Below are positions 17,064 through 29,254 of a stretch of 62,911 nucleotides of DNA, piece after piece. Under the pieces are notes generated by a model that saw only the letters and a program-made list of their open reading frames with translations, made no database searches and was not told where the DNA came from. Positions within the stretch are counted from its first letter, which is position 1. The number at the start of each line of letters is the position of its first letter. The stretch lies in the IMG/VR virus record IMGVR_UViG_3300045988_079349; one strand, 5' to 3'. The stretch is from a virus. A program made the translations under genes and the position numbers.

Positions 17064-17854
17064 TATCTTCGCGCCTGTTTCGCTAACTATAAGCAATTTT
17101 TCATCAACCCCAATCTAGTCAATAATCCCACCCCTCCGGGCACAGGAGTTGACCACACTTCATTTCTCTTTGCAATATCTTCAAGTTCAACAAAATCGCC
17201 TTGAATAAAATTCGCCTAATTTCTACGAATACCAACATCAACAACAATAGCGTGAGGGCAAGCCTCTCTTGTCAAAGTAAAATCTCCAACTGCGGATACT
17301 ACTAAATCTGCTATTCTTGCTAAATAAAGCTTCGCATTTACATTTGTTTTACTGTGACAGATAGATACAGTCATATTTCTCGCCAACAACTCTTTCGCCA
17401 TTGGCTTACCAACTATATTACTTCTACCTAATATTAAAGCACTTTTACCTTCATACTTAAAACCACAGTCATCAAGATAGTCTACTATTCCTCTTACCGT
17501 TGCCGGTAAAACAAGAGTAGAAGAAGTTAAACCGTCGCAGTCTTTTATCGTAGGAATTACATCAATAGAAAAAGAACTCAATGAATCTCTTAGTGGCATT
17601 TGTGCTATAATACAATCAGTATCTATACTATTTATGTAATTATTTAAATCTGCGGGAGTCCAGTGTTCTGGAACTTTAATCACGCTTACTGGCCATCCTA
17701 ATTCATCAAAGTCGTCTACTTTTTTCTATATATAAATCTAATTTCCGGCATCCCCGTTAGTTGCATCAATTATGGTCAATGATGGCTTGACATCGGACTG
17801 CCGCAATTCATCTTTCTATTGTTTAAAATATTCTTTTATGTTAATCTATTGCAT
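17063..17854 (-). CDS. folD: FolD-like bifunctional methylene-THF dehydrogenase/cyclohydrolase, translated through 6 in-frame TAG codons
   Basis: Joins the track ORF 17216..17683 to both of its flanks through TAG. N-terminus ...TIIDATNGDAGN[TAG]IYI[TAG]KKVDDFDELG...CIIAQMPL; core GRSNIVGKPMAKELL...VVDVGIRRN[TAG]ANF...; C-terminus ...TPVPGGVGLLT. Confidence 0.75.
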
Positions 17855-18179
17855 CTGGTTCTAGCCCCCATGGATCATCAGTATCATAATCAATCATATC
17901 ATAGAATGATATTTTGTTATTAGGCGTTATTTCTAAAACCTAATGTGGGATACAACATATTTCATAATCAGAATCTCTATCTAAATTATATGAAGCATAA
18001 ATATGCAAAGCCGTTGGTCTTGCATTATTGATATTTTGAACATCCCATAAGTCAACAGTGTTTTTATGTCCAAGTATGTCTGTTAGAACTTCTGGCTATA
18101 CTGCTATGCTTATAATTAAAATGTTAAAGTAATACTATGCTCGTTTTGGTAATTCAGAATAGGGTGTATCGAAAAACAT
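17841..18179 (-). CDS. hypothetical protein (112 aa) with 3 in-frame TAG codons
   Basis: GGAGG RBS then ATG; MFFDTPYSELPKRA[TAG]YYFN...IPH[TAG]VLEITPNNKISFYDMIDYDTDDPWGLEPDAID then TAA. Confidence 0.4.
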
Positions 18180-18209
18180 GATGGCGAAGCCTCCTATCTT
18201 ATTTCTATA

Positions 18210-18250
18210 ATTATATTATATCATTTTTAAATAAATTGGTCAAATTTTAT
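18210..18250 (-). promoter_or_regulatory. sigma70 promoter (TTGACC-17-TATAAT) driving the minus-strand operon; lies in a divergent promoter region
   Basis: Minus reads TTGACCaatttatttaaaaatgaTATAAT, about 25 nt upstream of the GGAGG RBS. Confidence 0.55.
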
Positions 18251-18294
18251 TATTTATTTGTAAAGTTTTGTCAAATATAATAGGAGATGATAGA

Positions 18295-19008
18295 ATGAAG
18301 AAAACACATTGTATTTATATGCATAAAAACAAGATTAATGGGAAAATTTATGTTGGTCAAACATTTTAGGATAATCCTAATGCTAGATGGCAAAACGGGC
18401 ATGGATATATAAAACAGCCAAAGTTTTTTTCAGATATTATAAAATACGGATGGATAAATTTTGAACATATTATTTTAGAAGAAAACTTAACGCAATAGGA
18501 GGCGAATGAAAGAGAAAATTTTTGGATTCAATATTTTGATAGTTGTAAAAATGGGTATAATACAATTTCAGAGAATAATAGATCAGAGGTATAGAAAAAA
18601 ACAACAAATAGCCTTATTGTATGCTTAAATACAAATAAATCATATAAAACATTAAAAGAAGCGTCTTTGGATACCGGAGTTGATCCATCTGCAATTTCAA
18701 GATGTTATGGAGGATAGCGTAAAAGTGCAGGAATAATAAATGGTGTTCCTGGGTTTTGGATTTTAACAACATCGGATAAAAGCCTTATTAATAAAATAAA
18801 AAATAATTATAATGATGCTATAAGAAAGATAGTTTGTGTTGAGACTTCTAGAATTTTTAATTCTTTAGATGAGGTAATAGAATATTGTGGATTGCCAGTA
18901 TCTTCTTCAAATAGAGCAAGATTAAAAAGTATTTTAAAATATAAGACAAATTCTTCTTTTGGGCGAGATAAAGAGTTAAATATAAAATTACATTGGAGTT
19001 ATCTATAA
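18295..19008 (+). CDS. GIY-YIG homing endonuclease (I-TevI-like, with NUMOD DNA-binding repeats); 4 in-frame TAG codons
   Basis: MKKTHCIYMHKNKINGKIYVGQTF[TAG]DNPNARW...FEHIILEENLTQ[TAG]EANERENFWIQYFDS...; NUMOD-like IVCLNTNKSYKTLKEASLDTGV and IVCVETSRIFNSLDEVIEYCGLP; TAA stop. Confidence 0.7.
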
Positions 19009-19040
19009 TTTGTAATAAGATTTGACAATCTAGTTTTTTT

Positions 19041-20126
19041 TTGTTATTATATGAGTATAAAAAGGAGATGAACCAGTATATGATAAAATTAGACTATACG
19101 ATTGAATCTCCCGAAGAGCGCAAGGCGCTTGTCGAAAAAATAATCGCAGAAAATCCTGATTTAACTCCAGGTTATTTAGAAGTATTAGCAGATTATTTAG
19201 TTCTATGTATGGAGAAACAAGAGAAGAAAGAGAAGAATATATTGACTGATAACCGAATGGCTACCGTCAATAAACGAGAATGTTCTTTTGAGGGACTCGC
19301 TTCATAGATGGAAAATGGCGAGGATGGCATTTATGGTTTAATGTCAGATAATAAAAATGTTATATTTTAGCCAAAGATTTCTATTACACAAAAAGATTTA
19401 GATTCTATACCATGTTTAAAATAGTTAAGAGAAACCATTAATGCTTGGGAAGGTGCCTTGAAACGCGCCGCGGGAACGAAACAAGCCTATATGATGAAAA
19501 AAGCATTAATAGAAATGCGAAAAGATTAGTATATTATTAAATAGGCATATCAAAAGCCTATAGTTCCTTGTAAGCTAACAAGAAATACGAGAACACATAT
19601 ACCTCTTGATGATGAAAGTTATCTTAATGGATAGGAAGTAGTCGTTAAAGGTATTTCCTTAATGAATCCAAATGTAGTTTCTGCTATTTTATGCAATTAT
19701 TCAAAATTAAAAGAAGATAGTTATGATTAGTTCGATGGAGATACATGGTATCTAATTCAAGCATTTGAAGAGATATGCGATAAAGCTCTTGAGGATTTTC
19801 CAATCTATTTACGAATTGTTGAGTTAAAAATTGATAAAAAGCAGAATAATGAGATATAGGAAATATTGAGTGAAGAGTTTGGAAAAACATATAGCGTGGA
19901 ATATATCTCTAGTTTATGGAGAAATAAAATTCCTAAATTAATTGCCGAAGCTGCTTTAGAGGATTTTTTATATTGGTAGTATAAAAATAGAAATTACCCA
20001 ATGAAAAAATGTTCTAAATGTGGGCAATTAAAGCCAGCCCATAATCAATTCTTTTCAAAAAATAAGACAAGTAAAGATGGATTATATTCAATCTGTAAAC
20101 ACTGTCGTAATAAGAAAAGGGGTTGA
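19041..20126 (+). CDS. hypothetical protein (~361 aa) with a C-terminal zinc ribbon; about 12 in-frame TAG codons
   Basis: Extends the track ORF 19041..19307 through TAGs to a TGA; C-terminus CSKCGQLKP...SICKHCRNKKRG. Confidence 0.5.
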
Positions 20127-20131
20127 TTATA

Positions 20132-21304
20132 GTGAGTCATTATTGTAAAAAATGTGGTAAGACTATGGATGATACATAGTTTTATACATCAAAGAATATA
20201 GAAAAATATCCTCCAGATGGAAAGATGGATATTTGTAAAAAGTGTCTTACTATGCACGTAGATAATTGGGATCCAGAAACTTATAAATGGATTTTATAGG
20301 AAATTGATGTTCCATATATCAAAGAAGAGTGGAATGGCTTATTGGAGAGGTATGGAAAAGATCCAAAGAAGGTTACTGGATTAACCATTATTGGACGCTA
20401 TTTATCCAAAATGAAATTAAAACAATGGAATAAGTATACTTGGGCAGATACAGAGGCACTAGAGAAGGATTCAACCGAGAAAAAAGTTCTTAATATGAAA
20501 GCTCAAGGATTTACAGAGGATGAAATTCAAGAGCAATTAGCTATTGATAGAACTCCACCAAAACCGAAAGAATTGGAAGATGTTTAGGCTCCAGTTGGAA
20601 CTCCAGAATATCAAGATCCAGAAGAGGAAGAAGACGACTTTAGTGATTAGCTAACAGAAGAAGATAAATTAATGCTTCGTCTTAAATGGGGTCGAGGCTA
20701 TTCTTGGGAAGAAAGAGTAAGAATGGAGTAGCTCTATAAAGATATGATGAGTTCATATGATATTTAGGGAGCTGGACATAAAGATACTCTTATTATGGTA
20801 TGCAAGACTAGTTTAAAAGCAAATTAGTTAATTGATGCTGGAGATATTGATGGCTTTTAGAAAATGTAGAAGGCCTATGATAGCTTAATGAAAAGTGGAA
20901 AGTTCACTGCCGCCTAGAATAAAGGAGAATCCGGCGAATTTGTTGATTCTATTGGTGAGTTAGTAGCATTATGCGAGAAAGAAGGGTTTATTCCTAGATA
21001 TTATACTGATGGGCCATAGGATAAAGTAGATAGAACTCTTTAGGATTTGTAGCAATATACGCATACTCTAGTTACAGAAGAAATGAATCTTGGTAATATG
21101 ATTGAAGCTTCTTTGAGAGAAATCGTGAAAGATAAAGAGCGCGAAGCCAATATTGATGTTGAAGATAGTGATGAGGATGAAGATTTATTTAATTATGAAC
21201 ATCCAGAACTGACAGAAGAAGATTATCAAGAGTATGAGGATATGAAAGAATCTGAAAGAGATAAAGATGAAGAAATGTTAAATAGCATACTAAAGGAGGT
21301 TTAA
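20132..21304 (+). CDS. hypothetical protein (~390 aa): N-terminal zinc ribbon, acidic C-terminal tail; positional candidate for the small terminase/packaging protein
   Basis: GTG start; CKKCGKTMDD...CKKC; in frame with the track fragments 20342..20587 and 21083..21304; about 17 TAGs. Confidence 0.4.
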
Positions 21305-21306
21305 TA

Positions 21307-23052
21307 ATGGCGCTAAAAGATTTATTAAACCTCTCGAACAATAATAAAAAAATTGGACTCTCAGAAGAAAGAGTTCGAGCTATAATTCCAGTTGCAAGAT
21401 AGTATGTAGCATTTTGGAGAGAGTATCCAGATATGTTTATTGATTTCTTGTAGACTGGTGGAGATGAAACTAGGAAAAAAGAAATTAACTTTTATTTTTA
21501 CTAGAGAGTTTTCTTGCGGGCCGCCATGCGATATAAGTATGTATACATGGTATTCCCCCGTGCTTATTCTAAATCATTTCTTTCTGTAATGGTGCTTATG
21601 TGTAGATGTATTTTATATCCTGGATGTAAGTTATTCATTACTTCTGGGGGAAAAGAACAAGCTGCGGGAATTGCTAAAGAAAAAGTCTAGGAAATATGTA
21701 ATGCAATCCCTGCACTCCAAAGAGAAATTGATTGGAGACGAGGCAAGACGCAGGAAGGAAAAGATTATTGTAAATATATCTTCAAAAACGGTTCCTACTT
21801 TGATAACGTAGCAGCTAGAGAATCCTCTCGTGGTAAACGTAGACATGGAGGACTTATTGAGGAGTGTGTCGGCGTAGATGGAGATATTCTAAACGAAGTT
21901 TTAATTCCTTTGATGAACGTTGATAGAAGATGTTTAGATGGCTCTGTTCATGAAGAAGAAACACTTAATAAATCCTAGATTTATGTTACTACTGCGGGAT
22001 GGAAGAATACATTCCCTTATAATAAACTTATTACTCTCCTTGTGCGCATGATATTAGAACCAGAAAAGAGTATTGTTATGGGCGGAACATGGAGAATTCC
22101 TGTGTTAGTAGGATTGCAATCCCGCAATTTCGTATAGGAACTAAAATAGGACGGTACTTTTAATGAAGCTTCATTCGATAGAGAGTATGAATCTAAGTGG
22201 AGTGGAACTGTTGAAGATGCTTTCTTTAATGGAGATGCTTTTGATAGAAGTAGAAAACTCCTTTAGCCTGAATATGAATCGTCTGGAAGATCTTCTGCAC
22301 AGGCTTATTATGTTCTTTCTGTTGATGTAGGTAGAAAGAAATGTCAATCTGTTGTTTGTGTCTTTAAGGTAACTCCTTAGTCACAAGGACCTGCTATAAA
22401 GTCTTTGGTAAATATATATACTATGGACGATGAACATTTTGAAGATTAGGCAATTAAGTTAAAGAGATTATATTATAATTATAAGGCTAAGATTATTGTA
22501 ATCGACGGTAATGGCCTTGGCGCCGGATTGATGGATTATATGGTTAAACCTTAGATAGTACCTGATACCAATGAAGTTTTTCCTGACTTTGGTGTAGCTA
22601 ATGATGAAGATGGTGAGTATAAGCGGTTTAGGACAGAAAACACAGAATATGATGCCATCTATGAAATTAAGGCTAACGCTCCTATTAATACCGAGGCGCA
22701 TAGTAATGTTTAGACACAATTAAGAGCGGGAAAACTTAGATTTTTGATTGATGAAAAAGTTGCAAGAAATAAATTGCTTGGTACTAAAAAAGGTTAGGCT
22801 ATGAAACCAGAAGAACGGGCAGAATATTTAAAACCGTTCACTTTAACTTCTATATTAAGAGAAGAAATGCTGAATTTGCGAGAAGAAAATGAAGGCGTGA
22901 ATATTATTTTGAAACAAGCAAATAAATCCGTGCCTAAAGATAAATTCTCTGCGCTTGAATATGGGCTGTATTATATTAAATAGGAAGAAGATAGTAAACG
23001 CAAGCGTAAAAGTAGAAGATTTTCAGACTTTATGTTTATGAGCGAGGTGTGA
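21307..23052 (+). CDS. terL: terminase large subunit (~581 aa); about 14 in-frame TAG codons
   Basis: AAGGAGG RBS; an ATPase region with a Walker-A-like PRAYSKSFL motif and a C-terminal RNaseH-like nuclease motif IVIDGNGLGAGLMD; in frame with track 22801..22983. Confidence 0.7.
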
Positions 23053-23054
23053 GT

Positions 23055-23411
23055 ATGAAAGCTAGTCGTGGAGAAATTAAAATTCATGAAATACTAGAGC
23101 AAAATGGCATAAACTTTAAAGAAGAGTATGAATTTCCTGGGTTAAAAGCGCCAAGCGGTAGACCACTTCGTTTTGATTTTGCTGTTTTTGATGATGATGG
23201 AAATCTTGATTTTTTAATTGAATATCAAGGAAAATAGCACTATTAGGCTGTAAGTAAATTTGGTGGAAATAGAGGGTTATATCAATAGAAATATAATGAT
23301 AATCAAAAGCGTAGATTTTGTGCCTTAAAAGGAATTACGCTTATAGAAGTTCCCTATACCGAGGAAAATATCATCTCTTATGATTACTTAATGAGCAAGG
23401 CTGGATACTGA
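23055..23411 (+). CDS. PD-(D/E)xK (Vsr/DUF559-like) endonuclease; 3 TAGs
   Basis: RPLRFDFAV...LDFLIEYQGK[TAG]HY gives the D...E.K catalytic core; start overlaps the terL stop. Confidence 0.5.
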
Positions 23412-23428
23412 ATCCGGGAGGTGATATT

Positions 23429-25057
23429 TTGTTAAAGAGTAGACAAGAAAGTATTAGAGCCAAAGGTTTTGATTTATTAAATCAAGACGTTACTCGCTAT
23501 TAGCAGCAAGAGGAAGAAGATGACTTAGATTATAAGAGCATTGATTATGCTAAGATGCGGGTGGGGCTTCGCTCGGTAGATGATGCGCTTATTAATCTAG
23601 GTACATATAAGAAAATAAATAGAAATTATGGAGATAAGAAGTTCGTATTAAATGCTATTTATAAGCATGATTATAGAACTCTAAGAGAAATCTCTAATTA
23701 TTTCTATGAAAGTAGCGGTATATATTACAGATTATGTAAATACCTAGCTTTCTTATACAGATTTGATTGGTATATAACCCCATATATCGTAAGCGCGCAG
23801 AAAGATAAGGAGAAGTTATTAAAAGACTTTTCTAAAGTATTGCTTTATCTTGATAAATCTAATATAAAGAGAATGTTTGGTAATATATCATTAGATATCA
23901 TCAAAGAAGGGGCATATTATGGTATAATTGTTGACTTCGGAGATAGGTTTGCCATTTAGAAGCTACCTGCTTCATATTGTCGCAATAGATATTTCCAAGG
24001 CCCTAATCCTATTGTTGAATTAAATCTTGAGTTTTTTGATGTTTATTTCCCAAACCCACAGTATAAGGTTCAGATATTAAAGATTTTTCCTCAAGATATA
24101 TAGAAGGCTTATATTCTTTATAAGTAGGGGAAATTAAAGGGAGATTACCCGGGGAGTACAACTGTTTGGTATCCTCTAGATCCTAGTGTTTCAGTTAAGT
24201 TTAGCTTAAACGATAATGAATTTCCCTTTCTTGCGGGAGTTATTCCTTCTATTATTGATTTGGATTAGGCGCAAGAATTGGATCGTCAAAAAACAATGTA
24301 GCAACTATTGAAAATCATCATTTAGAAGTTGCCTCTTGATAAGAATGGTGATTTAATTTTTGACGTTGATGAAGCCAGAGATATTCATAATAACGCAGTT
24401 GCAATGCTTAAAAGAGCTATTGGAGTAGATGTATTGACAACTTTTGCGGATATTGAAAAAATTGATACAAAAGACAATAACTCCAATACAACAACCGACG
24501 ATTTGGAAAAGGTTGAACGTACAGTTTACAACAATTCAGGTGTAACTCATAATTTGTTTAATGCCGATGGAAATATTGCTGTAACAAATTCTATATTGAC
24601 TGATGAATCTAGCGTTAGAGATATACCTCTCATGTTTACAGAATTACTAAATAGAGTGGTAGAAAAATTCAATCGCAAGAATCATTATGAATTTAGAGCT
24701 GAGATGTTAGAAACAACATAGTTTAATTATAAAGAATTATCAAAGTTGTATAAAGAACACGCTCAGTTAGGATATTCTAAGATGTTGCCACAAATCGCTT
24801 TAGGGCATTCTCAATCAAGCATTTTAGCTACATTAACGTTTGAGAATGAAGTATTGAACTTGGCGGAGATTATGATTCCTCCTATGAGTTCTAATACCAG
24901 AAGCGGAAAAGATTTGGGTAATAATAATTAGTCATCTAATACTAATTCTTAGAATAAATAGACAAGTTCAACTAACAATAATGGAGCCGGAAGGCCAAAG
25001 AAGGAAGATGGCGAAAAGTCTGATAAGACAATAGCTAATCAAGAAAGTTCGTCATAA
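23429..25057 (+). CDS. portal protein (putative, ~542 aa); about 13 TAGs
   Basis: GGGAGGTGA RBS then TTG; gene order terL-nuclease-this-scaffold-capsid; in frame with track fragments 23555..23959, 24329..24721 and 24746..24931. Confidence 0.5.
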
Positions 25058-25071
25058 AGGAGGGATTGAAC

Positions 25072-26325
25072 TTGCATATTAGTGTTCCTATTTTAAACAC
25101 AATGGAATATATTTAGAACACTTAGATTTCTCCTCTAGTTAGCAAAGGCGTTTGTAAAGTTTGTTATGTCGGTCAACAGCCAAACCGCAATCATACAGTG
25201 ATTACTAAGGAAGTAGCTGTAGAGATGGGGCGTAAATTGCCGGGAAGTCCTATTGTTGGCTATTTTAATCAAGAGACAAAGGATTTTGAAGGTCACAATA
25301 GAGCGATTGATATTAAAGACGGCAAGTTTGCTATTGTTGATGTAACAAGACCTTATGGATTTGTTCCAGATAACGCTAATGTATGGTTTTAGAAGTTCAA
25401 TGATGAAGGTGTAGAAAGAGAATATCTAGTTACTGATGTATATATTTGGACTGGTGTTTATCCAGAATCTAAGAGAATTTTAGAAAATGGAAACAACCAT
25501 TCTATGGAATTAAATGAAAAAAATCAGTCAGGATTTTGGACAAAAGATGAAAAAACAAATGAAAGAATCTTTATCTACAATGAAGCATTGATTGAGAAAT
25601 TATGTGTTCTCGGAGAAAATGTTGAGCCTTGTTTCGAGGGAGCTCAATTTAGTTCTCAATTTTCTTTAGAGGGTAATCAAGAGTTTTAGAAACTTAAAAC
25701 TATGGTATACTCTATGATGGATCAATTAAAAGAAACTTTTAATAAAGGAGGCTCTCAAGAACCTATGGATAATGAGAATAAAGCACTTACCGAATTCGAG
25801 AAAAATAATCCTAATCCAGAGGATAAAAACAAGGAGAAAGAAAATTCTTCTGGAACTCCTGCCCCTGAGAAAGAGGGAAAAGAGGATAAGGATAAGAAAG
25901 GCAAGTATAATCTCGAAGATGTAACTGAATATACAGAGTTGCTTGCTAAATTTAATGAATTAGAGAGTAAATATTCTGCTCTTGAGCAAGAGAAGAATAC
26001 TCTAGATACCGAAGTTGCTGAATTGAAAGAGTTTAAGCTCAAAGCTGAACGTCAAAATAAGCAACAAATGATTGATAGTTTCTATATGCTTAGCGATGAT
26101 GATAAGAAAGACGTCGTGGAGCATATTGACACTTATTCTTTAGATGATATTGAAGCTAAGTTATCTATTCTTTGTGTTAGAAATAAGGTAAACTTTAACC
26201 TTGAGGATAAACATGAAGAGGATGATAAGACCCCAAAAGGACTTTTCAATTTGGAGCATCCAGAGACAGATAATGTTCCTGATTGGGTAAAAGCAATTCG
26301 TGAGACTGCTAAGAGCAGTATTTAA
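25072..26325 (+). CDS. head scaffolding protein (possible protease-scaffold fusion), ~417 aa
   Basis: C-terminal coiled coil ELLAKFNELESKYSALEQEKNTLDTEVAELKEFKLKAERQNKQQ; position before the capsid gene; 5 TAGs in the N-terminal half. Confidence 0.5.
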
Positions 26326-26338
26326 GGAGGATTAAAGA

Positions 26339-27028
26339 ATGGCTAAGAGTTCTAAAAGATTAGGTAATGCTACTTTTGTCCAATATGGATATGGTCAAGT
26401 AGAACCAAACCATCTTTCCGCTCCAAGAAATGGTCAGGTATATGCTCAGCTTCCTGCTGCTAGCACAATCACCCTTCTTGAGAATGGTCAATTCGTAAAG
26501 TATGACTATGCTAAGGGTGTATGTGATTTTAGCACAGAGGCTACTTCTGGTGCTTGGATGATGGTATTCAATGAGGTAAAAATTTATAGAGATCGTGAGA
26601 CTGATGCCGATTTTGCTATGATTAAAGATAACTATAACGCTCGTGTTTATAGCCCAATCGGACAGACCGTTTCTACACTCGCTACCATTAATGACTATAC
26701 TGGTGAAGCTGTACGTGAAGGTAGTAACGTAGCATATAAAAAGAATATGGAAACATTTACTTATCCAGCTTTGATGCCAGAAGGAACTAAAATGGTTCCA
26801 CGTGTAATTAAGATTAGTATTGGTGATATTTGGACAACTAATACTATTAAGGCTGATGCCGGTTCACTTGCTGTTGGAGATCGTTTAAAGATTGGTACTG
26901 ATGGTTATTTAACCGAGGATACTGAATCTTCTGCTAAGGGTGGAGATTTAGATCCTATCTTTACAGTAGTAAAAGTATACACCATGCCCGATCTTCAACC
27001 CGGTGTAAAAGTACAGCGTGTAGGTTAA
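26339..27028 (+). CDS. TAG-free structural protein (229 aa), possibly head decoration/auxiliary capsid protein
   Basis: ORF track; lies between the scaffold and capsid genes. Confidence 0.45.
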   Translation: MAKSSKRLGNATFVQYGYGQVEPNHLSAPRNGQVYAQLPAASTITLLENGQFVKYDYAKGVCDFSTEATSGAWMMVFNEVKIYRDRETDADFAMIKDNYNARVYSPIGQTVSTLATINDYTGEAVREGSNVAYKKNMETFTYPALMPEGTKMVPRVIKISIGDIWTTNTIKADAGSLAVGDRLKIGTDGYLTEDTESSAKGGDLDPIFTVVKVYTMPDLQPGVKVQRVG

Positions 27029-27047
27029 TTGGAAGGAGTGAAGAAGA

Positions 27048-28100
27048 ATGTTAGATAAAGCTAATTTACTTAGTTTAATGAAGACTGTCGCCAATGCAAA
27101 TCCTTCTGGTACCTATAGCTATCAAGGAGAATCCTTTAGCTACGACGCTTTGAACACCACTTTGCGCAATGAGTTAAATGAGCTTGTTGGCACAGATGAA
27201 CTTTATAGAGAAAATAAACATACTCTATTCTCTTTAATTGAGCAAACTATGGATGAAGTTGTTCCTAATCGTTTACTCAATTCTTATGGCAATTTTGCCG
27301 AGATTAGAACTTTCGGACAGGGAGATAAACCTGTATTTACTCGTAGAACTGGACTTACCCGTGCTAAGCAATTCATCACTCGTGTGGGACTTGCTGGCGT
27401 ATACGAGACCTTTAAGCTCGGTTCTGAGAGCTTCGAAGTTGGTACAAGTGCTATCGGCGGAGCTGCTCGTATCGGATTCGAGGAGTTCCTCGACGGAAGA
27501 GTAAACTTCGCAGAACTTACTCAGATTGTAACTGAGGGTATGCAAGAGCTTATTTATAGAGAGATTGCTCAAGCTCTTATGGGTTCTATTAATCAGCTTC
27601 CCGCGGCAAACCGTTGTGCCGTTGCTGGTTTTGATGAAGCTACTATGGATTATCTTGTAAATACTGCTAGTGCTTATGGTCAGCCCACTATTTACTGTAC
27701 TCGTGAGTTTGCAGTAAAGATGATTCCAGACAACGAGGCTTGGATTTCTGATAACATGAGAGATCAGTATTGGGGAACTGGATACCTTGCTAACTACAAG
27801 GGAACTAGAGTGGTAATTCTACCTCAAACCCTTGAGGATGAGACTAACTCTAGAAAGATGATTGACCCTGGTTATGCTTGGGTTATCCCCGGTGGAGCAG
27901 ATACTCGTCCTGTTAAAGTTGCTTTTGAGGGTACTACTCACGTGCGCGAGCGCGATGATAACGACGACTGGTCTCGTGATATTCAGGTTTACCGCAAGGT
28001 CGGAGTTGGCGTAATGATGGCAAATAACATTTTCTCTTACGTTGATACTGAACTTCAAGGTGAGCTTGATAATACTAACCCAAATCCAAATAATGGTTAA
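27048..28100 (+). CDS. major capsid protein (putative HK97-fold), 350 aa, TAG-free
   Basis: ORF track; position after the scaffold gene; strong terminator immediately downstream. Confidence 0.6.
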   Translation: MLDKANLLSLMKTVANANPSGTYSYQGESFSYDALNTTLRNELNELVGTDELYRENKHTLFSLIEQTMDEVVPNRLLNSYGNFAEIRTFGQGDKPVFTRRTGLTRAKQFITRVGLAGVYETFKLGSESFEVGTSAIGGAARIGFEEFLDGRVNFAELTQIVTEGMQELIYREIAQALMGSINQLPAANRCAVAGFDEATMDYLVNTASAYGQPTIYCTREFAVKMIPDNEAWISDNMRDQYWGTGYLANYKGTRVVILPQTLEDETNSRKMIDPGYAWVIPGGADTRPVKVAFEGTTHVRERDDNDDWSRDIQVYRKVGVGVMMANNIFSYVDTELQGELDNTNPNPNNG

Positions 28101-28102
28101 TT

Positions 28103-28140
28103 AAAAGGGGATAGGGAAATATCCCTATCCCCTTTATTTA
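28103..28140 (+). terminator. intrinsic terminator after the capsid gene
   Basis: AGGGGATAGGGAaatATCCCTATCCCCT followed by TTATTTA. Confidence 0.6.
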
Positions 28141-28161
28141 TTGAGAAAAAGGAGATATAAT

Positions 28162-28698
28162 ATGAAAGATAAGTGTATTGTTTATAATAAAAGTGCGGGC
28201 CGCGCGGTATATAAACTGCCTGAGCTTGGTGTACGTCGTATGTTCTATCCAGGTGAGCATAAAGAGATTAGTGTATCTGAGCTTGAAAAGTTGGTTCAAA
28301 CACCCGGAGGCCGCAAGCTGATTTATAATTATCTATTAATTGATGATAAAGAAATTATTGAATATCTTATTAATGGGAAAGTTGAACCAGAATATTGGTT
28401 AAAAGAGAAAGATATTGATTCGTGGATGCAGTCATGCTCTTTGGATGAATTCAAGGATGCTCTTGATTTTGCCCCTGATGGGACAAAAGATTTGATTAAG
28501 GCTCACGCGGTTTCTCTTCCTTTGAATGATATTTCAAAGCGAGATGCGATAGAAAAACAATTAGGTTTTAACGTTACTAAAGCGTTGGAATTAACCGCGG
28601 ACGAAGGAAAAAATTCTAAAAATGAGGTTAAGCCTGTTAGAAGAGCATCGGTTGCAAGTGATGATACTCCAAAGCGTAGAGTAACTATATCCGAGTAA
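28162..28698 (+). CDS. hypothetical protein (178 aa from the internal ATG), TAG-free
   Basis: Track ORF 28141..28698; AAAAAGGAGATATAAT RBS before MKDKCIVYNK. Confidence 0.5.
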   Translation: MKDKCIVYNKSAGRAVYKLPELGVRRMFYPGEHKEISVSELEKLVQTPGGRKLIYNYLLIDDKEIIEYLINGKVEPEYWLKEKDIDSWMQSCSLDEFKDALDFAPDGTKDLIKAHAVSLPLNDISKRDAIEKQLGFNVTKALELTADEGKNSKNEVKPVRRASVASDDTPKRRVTISE

Positions 28699-28717
28699 GA
28701 TAAGGGAGGTTATAGCC

Positions 28718-29254
28718 ATGGATAATAAGTATCCAATTTAGGGCGATCCTACCCTTTTTGAAGAAGTGTACGATAGATTTTTTGGTAAAATTACTGATGA
28801 TATGTATATGGAATGGACTAAGGAAGATACCGAGAAAGATTTGTATAATATTTTAATGGATGCGCTCCCAGGGTTTGAATTTCCTAGATTTCCATTATAT
28901 AGTTTTACCAATGTTGAGATAGCTAGTGAAGAGACTGGGACGGTTGCTGTTCCAGCCTTTTCCGCACATTTAACAACTGAAGAAATAAACATTCTTGCAT
29001 TATTGATGTATAATACTTGGTTATAGCGTTAGGTAGCATCAATAGAGTAGACGAGAATGAAATATTCTGGTACAGATTTTAAAATGACTTCTTAGGCTAA
29101 TCATTTAGCAAAATTGATAGAGCTAAAGAAGGAAGCTGAGCGTCAAAGCCACCATATGCAACGTCTTTATAAAAGAAGAAAACTAATTGATAATGAAGGG
29201 TCTTATAAGTCGAATTGGTCTACTCTTAGAGAAACGAGTGTTTTTGATGGATAA
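28718..29254 (+). CDS. hypothetical head-tail connector-region protein (~178 aa), 6 TAGs
   Basis: GGGAGG RBS; in frame with track 28766..29026. Confidence 0.45.

Noticed and set aside
17096-17216. Non-coding gap between the genes at 16704 and 17216
   Set aside because: This is actually the FolD C-terminus (TPVPGGVGLLT...) read through the TAG at 17216-17218.
25755-26042. 95-aa minus-strand ORF, and similar antisense ORFs at 27273-27572 and 27819-28058
   Set aside because: They are shadow ORFs opposite the scaffold and capsid coding sequences.
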